Notes under the pieces: generated by a model
Seen by the model: the letters and a program-made list of their open reading frames with translations, nothing else
What the model was told of the DNA's origin: nothing
The model's database searches: none
In this document: piece by piece, positions 56,591-64,000 of the stretch
Layout of the letters: the number at the start of each line of letters is the position of its first letter
How positions within the stretch are numbered: position 1 is the stretch's first letter
IMG/VR virus record: IMGVR_UViG_3300046522_000748
DNA from: a virus
Taxonomy: Duplodnaviria > Heunggongvirae > Uroviricota > Caudoviricetes
Strand: one strand, 5' to 3'
Length of the DNA stretch: 64,000 nt
Translations under genes and position numbers: made by a program

Positions 56591-57194
56591 TGGGTCGCGT
56601 TTTGCGTTCCGGATTTTCCGCCATCAGCCGGTCTATTTCCTTTGCATGCCGGGTAAAGAAAATATTCTTTTGCTCTACATCAATCAGTCTAGCCAGCGCT
56701 GCGTTGAGAAAGTCCTGCAAGCCCCACCCTTTCGCCTCTCGCAACAGATTGACGTAAATGCTCATCAGTTCGCCGACCATCTTGGAGATTTTCGTCAGCG
56801 GTGAATCCATCACCATGTGGTCGATGTCCTCAACCACCTTGGCCAACTCGCCCACAATCCGAATGGCTTTGTCCAGGCAGACCTCGGGCGTCATCTGGTC
56901 GGCACTCAGGTGTTCGTGGGTCTTGTAATTGCAGACATTGGCCATCGACATGGCCACGATGAAGCCATCCAGGCAAGCCCTCTCGACAGCCGGGCCAGTG
57001 AGACTCTCTGGCTCATCATGCAGCGTGCAATACAGGCGTGAAACGTACTTGCACTGGTGAAGCACCAAGTGAACCAACCGCCGTGGTTTGGACAGAGTGT
57101 AGATGTCTGTGTGGAACAGGCGATCATGCAGCTCCTGTCGGTACTGAAGGTCGAACAATTGGGCTTTGATGATATGCGTAATGGGCTTAGTCAC
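56583..57194 (-). CDS. possible MazG-like NTP pyrophosphohydrolase (low confidence)
   Basis: Helical protein with paired VGELAKVVEDIDHM / MVGELMSIYV blocks reminiscent of the EExGE-type MazG/HisE fold. Confidence 0.3.
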   Translation of the reverse strand: MTKPITHIIKAQLFDLQYRQELHDRLFHTDIYTLSKPRRLVHLVLHQCKYVSRLYCTLHDEPESLTGPAVERACLDGFIVAMSMANVCNYKTHEHLSADQMTPEVCLDKAIRIVGELAKVVEDIDHMVMDSPLTKISKMVGELMSIYVNLLREAKGWGLQDFLNAALARLIDVEQKNIFFTRHAKEIDRLMAENPERKTRPTE

Positions 57195-57490
57195 TTTTTT
57201 CTCTTTTTCGCAGTGGCGTCTTTCATCTTGCCGAATTTCCGAATGATTTTCACCTTCAGATCAGGGGCTTTGAGTTCGATGGCCTGCTTGATCAGCTCAA
57301 TATCGAGTTTGTATTTTCTGATTTTATTGCTTTGTTTGGAAATTATTTTTCCTGCGCCAATACGAATACGGGTGTCTTCCTGATCGGCACGACTGATTTG
57401 AGCCTGAAGGTGGTCGTAAATCAGACGTGCTGACGCTCGATGAGCTTCAGGAATGCCGTGCTCCTCGCACATTTTTGTGAAATTATCCAT
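57191..57490 (-). CDS. hypothetical basic protein
   Basis: ORF overlapping its neighbour by 4 nt. Confidence 0.4.
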   Translation of the reverse strand: MDNFTKMCEEHGIPEAHRASARLIYDHLQAQISRADQEDTRIRIGAGKIISKQSNKIRKYKLDIELIKQAIELKAPDLKVKIIRKFGKMKDATAKKRKK

Positions 57491-57499
57491 GTTGGTGCC

Positions 57500-58039
57500 T
57501 CACAGCAGGTTTTTCGCAAAAACCAGTCGCGACAAGTTCGTCGCGTCCACCAATGCGTTGTGCTGACGACCCTCGAACGACAATCCTGCCTCTTCCATGG
57601 CCTTGACCATGCTGACCTGACTGCCGTTATGGCGAACTTTGATCATGTATAGCAATGCAGCATTGATCGAGGTGGTGATTGGGTTTTCGATGCCCTTCCA
57701 CTTGCACTGCTCGCCCAGATATTCGGTGTCATTGCCCCATGCCACGTAGGTTTTTTTGCTGCCACCGAACTTCTGTTTGATGGTTTCCAGCACCTTATGG
57801 AGTGGGCGCCCCTGTTTGCTCACCATGGCTGGTGTAATCCCGGTCAGTTGGGTGCAGAACTCCGACACCCGATCTTCATCTGGTTTGACGTAATAGTGCG
57901 CGTCACGCAATTTCCTGCCGGTGAGCAGGCACAGCTCAACAATGCCGATGGAGATGATCTCGCCGACACGGCGATCCCCTTCATCCCAGCAGCACATTTC
58001 CATGTCGTAACAAACAACCTTGGAGTAATCGGATTTCAC
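57500..58039 (-). CDS. DEDDh-family 3'-5' exonuclease (DnaQ/oligoribonuclease-like)
   Basis: Exo I motif VCYDMEMCCWDEG (D.E), Exo II YVAWGNDTEYL, and Exo III HNALVDATN (H-x4-D). Confidence 0.6.
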   Translation of the reverse strand: MKSDYSKVVCYDMEMCCWDEGDRRVGEIISIGIVELCLLTGRKLRDAHYYVKPDEDRVSEFCTQLTGITPAMVSKQGRPLHKVLETIKQKFGGSKKTYVAWGNDTEYLGEQCKWKGIENPITTSINAALLYMIKVRHNGSQVSMVKAMEEAGLSFEGRQHNALVDATNLSRLVFAKNLL

Positions 58040-58065
58040 GGTAACCTCTTTTCTATTCTGTCGGC

Positions 58066-58533
58066 CTAGTCCAGGCTCGATTTACTGCGACCATATTTGG
58101 GAAGGCTGTCCAGGTCGATACTGGTCACGAAACGATAAAACGCACGGGATGGTGGAACGCCCATCTTGATGTAATTCAAGTAGCCTTCAGGCCACTTCCA
58201 GCCATCACGCTCGAACTCGCGGCTGCCATTCTTTTCGCCGGTCAACCGGTGCAAGGAAAAGCCACGGTATTGAGCCGTCTTTGTAAAAGGCGACTCCTGC
58301 ATCTCCTTGAGTAGCGCCATAAACAGGTCTTGCTCATAACCCTCTGGCTGATAGATCACTGGCCAAGGACAATGCCACGTCGCCCGCTTAGTATCGCTAC
58401 TCCAATCCTCGCCCTCCGGAATCTCTCGACCAGGGCGCCAGTAGCCTTCAATGCCGATGGGGAACGAGTGTTCGCCATTAACATCGACAAACTCGGCGTA
58501 CTGTTCTGCGCGTGATTTGGCTGGATTATTCAT
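58066..58533 (-). CDS. hypothetical protein (155 aa)
   Basis: ORF. Confidence 0.45.
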   Translation of the reverse strand: MNNPAKSRAEQYAEFVDVNGEHSFPIGIEGYWRPGREIPEGEDWSSDTKRATWHCPWPVIYQPEGYEQDLFMALLKEMQESPFTKTAQYRGFSLHRLTGEKNGSREFERDGWKWPEGYLNYIKMGVPPSRAFYRFVTSIDLDSLPKYGRSKSSLD

Positions 58534-59135
58534 GGCTTTATCTCTTCCACTTTGATGAAGTACCCATTGACCGTGGCGCCTGAGCGATTGCGGATCTTTT
58601 GAAGTCGCTCTGCGAGAACGGTATCCAGATCGATGTCATGCTTACTGGCAATGACGCACAGTGTCTGCATCAGCAGCGAGACGGATGGATTGAAGATCAG
58701 GTCGTCTTCGGTGTTGACACCCTTACTCAACCGTCCCATCTGGATCATCGCCAGCAAAACCAGATCGGCTGTCTTGTTCTTGTTGTCGAGTTCTCGACCT
58801 TTGCGGCTGGCAAAAAAGCTTTTTTGAAACTCACTGAACGTCGGATCAACGCCTAGCACCGTGTCCAAGTATTCATTAGCCAGAATATAGCGCATGTCAG
58901 CCCGTCCGTAATGCTCGACGAGAGTCAGCAGGGTGCCGATGAGGCTGCCGATTTTGCGGCCCAGGACATCCATGTCTGGCATGTAGTCATAGACACATTG
59001 TGCAATTTCACCGAGTTTTTCACTGGCGTGAAGCGCAATCGTTTTGGCATTGCTCTCAGCCAAAAGAATGCCATTGTCTCTGGCCCAATCGCTGAAACGA
59101 TCCTGTTGCATGGCAATACTTGGAGAAAGACTCAT
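58530..59135 (-). CDS. MazG-like nucleotide pyrophosphohydrolase
   Basis: LHASEKLGEIAQCV resembles the MazG EExGE helix; size and helical character fit. ATGA overlap with the downstream gene. Confidence 0.45.
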   Translation of the reverse strand: MSLSPSIAMQQDRFSDWARDNGILLAESNAKTIALHASEKLGEIAQCVYDYMPDMDVLGRKIGSLIGTLLTLVEHYGRADMRYILANEYLDTVLGVDPTFSEFQKSFFASRKGRELDNKNKTADLVLLAMIQMGRLSKGVNTEDDLIFNPSVSLLMQTLCVIASKHDIDLDTVLAERLQKIRNRSGATVNGYFIKVEEIKP

Positions 59136-59137
59136 GT

Positions 59138-59566
59138 CTATCGTTCCTTGGTGGCTGAAGAGGCGTCATTAAGCCAGTCGATGGCGTGTTGCGGAAGCCC
59201 TTCAGTGAGCAGATGAGCTTGCTCAAGCCGCTGAAGTGCGTGGAAGGTTGCTACGACATGCAAGGCACGCTCATTGCCGGGCTTGCTCTTCCTGATTGCC
59301 ACGTCCACATGGAGTGTCCTCCAGCTATCGGTGTAGAGCTTCGCAATCAGGGCAATGTCCTGTTCTTTTTGAGTAAAACTGGACATCCACTCGCCCAACT
59401 GCGCGGCGCGAATATCGTGTTCTGAAGACGGCTTGTTCCAGTGCGATGAGTTGGTGTCAAAAACCTCGCTGCTCGACTGAATCCTGGTCGAGGCTATGAC
59501 ATGGCTGATCGACAGTTCTTGCGGTACTTCCTGTGCGGTCAAAACCGCATGTTCGGGTGAATTCAT
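59138..59566 (-). CDS. hypothetical protein (142 aa)
   Basis: ORF. Confidence 0.4.
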   Translation of the reverse strand: MNSPEHAVLTAQEVPQELSISHVIASTRIQSSSEVFDTNSSHWNKPSSEHDIRAAQLGEWMSSFTQKEQDIALIAKLYTDSWRTLHVDVAIRKSKPGNERALHVVATFHALQRLEQAHLLTEGLPQHAIDWLNDASSATKER

Positions 59567-59579
59567 TGTCGTCAGTCCA

Positions 59580-60017
59580 TTATTCCGCAGTCAGCTTTTC
59601 CAGCATGTCCCAGGCTTCACGTTTAATCACACGTGGGCAATTATCAGCGTGCTGAATGCCCTGCTCATCATCAACATCGGCTTCCTGTTGGCAGCCTGCA
59701 CATTTGACCAGATCGGCGTTCCAAGAGCCTTTGGTGTGATATTCATCGGCGCCCTTCCCAGCCACCAAAACCTTGCGCACCAAATCCTTGATATGCGTAA
59801 GCTCAGCAGCCAGTTTTTGGTGGCTGTACGCTTCCGAATGAAGATACGTCGCCAGCGCCCGAATGGCCATCTCGCCGTCACCTTGAGGATGACGCACGGT
59901 AAACTCTTCGGATTGATCTGTACCAGATGTCTGCACATCATATAGGCCATTCTCTAGCTGAATGACTTGAACGACGCCAACCTTGGTTCCTTCTGCTTCC
60001 GCGACAATTTTGCTCAT
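59580..60017 (-). CDS. hypothetical protein (145 aa)
   Basis: ORF. Confidence 0.4.
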   Translation of the reverse strand: MSKIVAEAEGTKVGVVQVIQLENGLYDVQTSGTDQSEEFTVRHPQGDGEMAIRALATYLHSEAYSHQKLAAELTHIKDLVRKVLVAGKGADEYHTKGSWNADLVKCAGCQQEADVDDEQGIQHADNCPRVIKREAWDMLEKLTAE

Positions 60018-60156
60018 AAAGCCCTCCGATTTCCGTTATCATAGCAATTGCCACGACATTTGTCAATACCATTGACCGCTCGTAATTTGCCTGTAGCGCC
60101 ATCATACAGAACATTTTTCTTCTGAAGATGATATTATTTCATAAAAGGAGATGCTT

Positions 60157-61197
60157 ATGATCAGCAAAGAAATTGAATCAACGATTTTAAAAGAAATGAA
60201 AACCACCGTGCTTGTCCATGCGATGGCGAAAGAGCTAACCAAACAGAAAATAACCGATCCTAGCTTGTGGAATCGCGAGTCTTTGATAAATGGCATTTCT
60301 AAACTTTACCCTTTGACAGTTGCCCTTGAGGCCAATTTAATAATAGGGAAGCTTGAGGCTGTACACCGCAAGGGTATCGTTGATGTATACCTTGATGTTC
60401 TGAAGGAGAATGGACTTGAGGATTCAAAAGAACTTCAAAAGGACTTTGGCTATTATATAGCAGACGTCTTTTATCCTGCTCAAATAGATAATGACGACGA
60501 ATTTACAGCCTCTTACCATGTGGAGCCGAGGGATCTTACTCTAGATGAGGACATCATGGAAACTGAGGTGTACCTACATGAATTTGAGCATGAATCAAAG
60601 TTCAAGCCCTGTTTAATGGACTTTATGTCATTGCCTTTCTACAAGGGCCTGAGTCAGAAACAAAAAGATCAGTTGACTTCACAGAATCACTCTAGTGCAT
60701 TTTCTATGCTTTCCCAATATACCGGTTCAGCTACCGACGCCAGCACCTTGCTTGCTCTGACCAGCAGGGTTGTCTCACACACTAACCAAAGAGATCCCGG
60801 TAACTCGTTGTCAAAAGAAGATCTTAGTCCTAAGAACATGGGTATACATGCGTTGGGGCTTTGTACAGCATCTCGTATATTGGGTGGATATTTGTGCAAT
60901 CAAGATGACCGGGCAATGCGTAACTTAGACTTGGTGGCATTGAAAGAAAAATATCTTCCTGAATTTGATGAATTTGTTTCTTCTGGAATCGACGTTGTGG
61001 GTTATGCCAAGGGATTGGCGATTTTCGACGCATCAATCGGGAAGGATGATCAATTCGGTTTAATTGAAAACTCAAACCCCTTTAATGCCAACCCTGAAGA
61101 TGACAAATATTGGCAGGTCAGTGAGACAATATTTGACGATAGAATGATCCGTCGAAACAAATCTTTGGGTACATCCCCTTCCTTCCCGTCGATGTAA
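60157..61197 (+). CDS. hypothetical protein
   Basis: AGGAG Shine-Dalgarno 7 nt before the ATG (MISKEIEST). Confidence 0.5.
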   Translation: MISKEIESTILKEMKTTVLVHAMAKELTKQKITDPSLWNRESLINGISKLYPLTVALEANLIIGKLEAVHRKGIVDVYLDVLKENGLEDSKELQKDFGYYIADVFYPAQIDNDDEFTASYHVEPRDLTLDEDIMETEVYLHEFEHESKFKPCLMDFMSLPFYKGLSQKQKDQLTSQNHSSAFSMLSQYTGSATDASTLLALTSRVVSHTNQRDPGNSLSKEDLSPKNMGIHALGLCTASRILGGYLCNQDDRAMRNLDLVALKEKYLPEFDEFVSSGIDVVGYAKGLAIFDASIGKDDQFGLIENSNPFNANPEDDKYWQVSETIFDDRMIRRNKSLGTSPSFPSM

Positions 61198-61244
61198 ACT
61201 AGCTTGAGGCCGATAGGCAGCCTTCAGGATGTCTACCGGCCTCA

Positions 61245-61895
61245 TCAGCCGCCACAAGTGGCGAATGGGCCAGCAGGTGCTTGTGTCACGCCTCTTGCCG
61301 GACTTTGAGAATCCAATCCTTTCTGTTGGCGCTCAGCGAAAGTCAGCAACTGTCCCAGTTTTCGAGTGGCTATCGTGAACGTTTCTTTGCCCGTTTGGTT
61401 GAACCCCATGTTTTTGTACCATTGATGCAAATTTTCTTTGACGGCGCCGTGCTGCCTGCGAGGGATGTCTTCCAGCTCGATAAGCAAGGGGCTGGCCCGA
61501 AGGAATACCACGGGAGCGATATTTTGGTAGTCGGCCAGCTTGCGCAGCAACTCGGTGCCGTAGCCCATGCCCCGGCACTCATCGTCAATCTTGAGGATGT
61601 CCACGAACACCATGTTCACCCGAGGAATTCCTTTTTTGTCGAGGAAAGGCTTGGCGGCTTTTTGCATGTCCTGGTCAGCGGTAAACAACATGTCAACAAA
61701 GTCATTACCCCACACGGGCGCAAACTCCGCGTGACGCTGTTTGGCGTCACCGGCCAGCACGAGCAGCCCATTCATTTCAGCGATCATCAGATTGTGATGG
61801 TCGTAGGCATTCATTTGGAACTGTTTGAAAAAGCAACTGAGATCCGGCCAGCACGGTCGGTAATCCTTGGTTTCGTGTTCGATTGAAACGATCAT
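61245..61895 (-). CDS. GNAT-family N-acetyltransferase
   Basis: Motif A-like block VFVDILKIDDECRGMGYGTELLRKLADY. The true start may be an internal Met. Confidence 0.45.
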   Translation of the reverse strand: MIVSIEHETKDYRPCWPDLSCFFKQFQMNAYDHHNLMIAEMNGLLVLAGDAKQRHAEFAPVWGNDFVDMLFTADQDMQKAAKPFLDKKGIPRVNMVFVDILKIDDECRGMGYGTELLRKLADYQNIAPVVFLRASPLLIELEDIPRRQHGAVKENLHQWYKNMGFNQTGKETFTIATRKLGQLLTFAERQQKGLDSQSPARGVTQAPAGPFATCGG

Positions 61896-61920
61896 TTCTG
61901 CTTACGCTCCTGGTGCGTGA

Positions 61921-62385
61921 TTATTGGCCATAGCCACAGCTTGTAGAAGGCACAACCCTCAGTTTTGGTGGTGGCATAGTAATCACGAGACCTTCTGCTG
62001 GCGCCCGTTCATGGACTTGGATGTTTGTTTGTTCAAGTGTCTCTTTGGGGATGTAGGCCCAAATGAACTCCTCTCCCCGCCCAATAGCATCACGGTAGCG
62101 ATGATTACCGTCTTCAACCTCAAGATCGTAGCCACAGACAATCGGCGGGCGCGAGAGAGGATTCATTTTTCCATAGCGCGCCTGTTTTTTCTCGGACTTT
62201 TGATTGTGATCGTCATCGCCGGGTTTTAGGTCGTTGATAGCAACCTTCACCAACTCAGCTTGCGAGCCGTGGAAGTATTCCTCGACCATTTCCTCGTTGA
62301 CGTAGGTGGGGCAGTTTTCCGAAATGTAAGCAGCGATCTCACGTTCATCTTTAAGAAGTGCAGGCCATGTGATAGTTTTTGGCAT
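61921..62385 (-). CDS. ParB/Srx-like nuclease-domain protein
   Basis: EVEDGNHRYRDAI matches the ParB N-terminal DGxHR motif. Confidence 0.4.
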   Translation of the reverse strand: MPKTITWPALLKDEREIAAYISENCPTYVNEEMVEEYFHGSQAELVKVAINDLKPGDDDHNQKSEKKQARYGKMNPLSRPPIVCGYDLEVEDGNHRYRDAIGRGEEFIWAYIPKETLEQTNIQVHERAPAEGLVITMPPPKLRVVPSTSCGYGQ

Positions 62386-62487
62386 AGGGAATCCCGATTC
62401 ATTATTTTTTAACTATACTGCTTTATTATCAAATTATATCAGGATTAACAACGGTTTATCCTGCCTTTGCGATCTAGAGGAGATATT

Positions 62488-62806
62488 CATGAGTCTGCAA
62501 AAACTTCCGGAAACTGAAAAGCGCGTTGAAACAGGTGCTGTGCAATTCGGTGAGGACTGGCCGGGTGTTTTCCTGCGGGGCGACAACGCCAGTGCGTCGG
62601 CGTTCATGATGGCGTCCAGGGCCGCTAATATCGCCAGTGCCAGTGAAGACCGAGATGTGCTGTCGATGTGCCTAATGGTCGTGCAACACGCTCAGCTGCT
62701 GTCTGAGGCCGATGTGCATGGGCAAACTCAGAATGCGGTGAATGGTTACGCCAAAACCGTTGAGGATCGTTGTAAATCGTTTCGAGTCAACGCGCTGGGG
62801 ATCTAA
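62488..62806 (+). CDS. hypothetical protein (start MSLQKLPET)
   Basis: GAGGAG Shine-Dalgarno before the ATG. Confidence 0.4.
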
Positions 62807-62821
62807 GCGCTGAGCGTCATG

Positions 62822-63700
62822 CTACCCGGTGAAATACAGCTGGGTAGCAATGATGCTGGTTAGGAGCACAATGTCTCGTGCAGTGAAGATCACCCTCTTG
62901 TCCTGCATGTAGTAATACAGGTAGCCGATGAGTACCATGCCTGCACTGCGCAGGGTCACGTACTGCTCGACAGGTATCTTGGTCACGATCTCGGTGTTCA
63001 GAAACTGGGTGATGCAATAAAGGGTTACCACGACCAGAAGATTGCGCTTGTTGGACATGGAGGCATTGAGCTGTTTTAGCTCCTTGTTTTTCAGCGACAG
63101 CAGCAGGAACACCACGATATTGATGCCATTGGTTGCGATCAAATAACTGTAGGAGTCGAATTCCTGCATCAGTTTGGCATGCAGCACAATCGAAAAGGTG
63201 CCAATCAGGACGTTCAGGATCAGCCAGTGCAGTCGAGTGACGGCGCCAGACTTGAGCTTATTGAAGTAATAGACAATGGTCAGCAACAGGGTAATCGCGC
63301 ACATGGCGATCATCGAAAACAAGCTGTCGTACTGCACCTCCACCGTGTTTTTGAACGGTAGCGCAGTGACTACAATGAAGCTGGCGACCGGTGCCGCAGA
63401 GATGATCAAGAAGCTTGAAAAATTGAACAGTGGCATGTTGTCCTGACACTGTTTACGGCCTTCTATCTGCACCATCACCAGGGCAATCAGTAGTACCTGA
63501 GAGACATAGAACCGAAGGTCACCCAAAAAGGCAAAATCAACGGGTGTTTCGCTCAGCAGTTTCCAGGCGAGAAACACCACGCAGCTACTGCTGCACATCA
63601 TGGCTGCGCTGGTGTATTTGATGTCGTACAAATCAGATTGAAGCTTCTGAAAGTGGACAGTCAGCAGCAGGAAGAAAGGGAAAAGCAGGTAGGCCGTCAT
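62822..63700 (-). CDS. polytopic integral membrane protein
   Basis: About 8-9 hydrophobic helices across the whole length. Confidence 0.5.
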   Translation of the reverse strand: MTAYLLFPFFLLLTVHFQKLQSDLYDIKYTSAAMMCSSSCVVFLAWKLLSETPVDFAFLGDLRFYVSQVLLIALVMVQIEGRKQCQDNMPLFNFSSFLIISAAPVASFIVVTALPFKNTVEVQYDSLFSMIAMCAITLLLTIVYYFNKLKSGAVTRLHWLILNVLIGTFSIVLHAKLMQEFDSYSYLIATNGINIVVFLLLSLKNKELKQLNASMSNKRNLLVVVTLYCITQFLNTEIVTKIPVEQYVTLRSAGMVLIGYLYYYMQDKRVIFTARDIVLLTSIIATQLYFTG

Positions 63701-63754
63701 TCAGGTCTTTGATCAGGCGGATGGAAGAAATGAGAGAAGGCCCGAAGGCCCCTC

Positions 63755-64000
63755 TTAAGTGTTTAATGAATGTGATTCGGCGATTTTTCCCGAAGGATCA
63801 ATCACCGTTGCTTTCAACCAGAAGCCACCGTAGTAACCGTTGTGTTCGTTGTGAGCCTCAAAGGTCACCATGTCTCTGTCGGTCAAGACCTCCAGAAATT
63901 CGACTTCGTGCGCTACGTCGTTGCACGCAGAATCCAACACTACGTTAACCTTCTGTGTAACCCGGATATTCATCAGGGTTTCGCCCACCAGGGAGTTCAA
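63755..64000 (-). CDS. hypothetical protein, 5'-truncated by the window edge
   Basis: The ORF runs to the window end with no start codon inside the window. Confidence 0.35.
   Translation of the reverse strand: MNSLVGETLMNIRVTQKVNVVLDSACNDVAHEVEFLEVLTDRDMVTFEAHNEHNGYYGGFWLKATVIDPSGKIAESHSLNT

Overview
This 64-kb window looks like part of a large (jumbo/T4-like) bacteriophage genome, or a phage-derived island, from a gammaproteobacterial host; I could not settle which. Evidence for a phage: an rIIA-like GHKL-ATPase gene followed by an rIIB-like gene on the same strand (76-3730, minus); very dense short ORFs of unknown function on both strands, often translationally coupled; a nucleotide-metabolism set (dCTP deaminase, MazG-like pyrophosphohydrolases, a DEDDh 3'-5' exonuclease, a metallophosphoesterase); many perfect TTGACA-N17-TATAAT promoters with strong Shine-Dalgarno sites; and a tRNA island. 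At least 7 canonical tRNA genes, all on the minus strand with E. coli-like sequences, parse cleanly by eye: Thr-UGU, Cys-GCA, Asn-GUU, Ser-UGA, Met-CAU and Gly-UCC (two of the seven share a span I could not separate further, so six anticodons are named). Several aberrant tRNA-like genes also occur. Some genes look unusual for a phage: a complete methyl-accepting chemotaxis protein, an SPFH/band-7 protein, a Sel1-repeat lipoprotein and many signal-peptide proteins. The most unusual regions are: (i) a 2.8-kb ORF-free stretch (33.4-36.2 kb), with outliers at 30.3 and 39.9 kb, filled with a repeated RNA-structure family. Each copy is a 12-20 bp inverted repeat with a conserved CTGYATTGGAA core, capped by a short GC hairpin with a GNRA-type loop. 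One copy encloses a tRNA-Leu-like gene. Other short conserved hairpin motif families sit alongside. (ii) An RlmN/Cfr-family radical-SAM RNA methyltransferase homologue inside the tRNA cluster. (iii) Two signal-peptide proteins of 615 and 1220 aa, built from ~55-aa Cys-containing tandem repeats. They flank an operon encoding a BtpA-like TIM barrel, an ATP-grasp ligase and a Cys-rich small protein. (iv) A tandem 157-bp repeat that duplicates a terminator-like hairpin plus a consensus promoter upstream of the tRNA-Gly/tRNA-Met operon. All calls are made by eye from the sequence and the ORF track. No database searches or folding programs were run.
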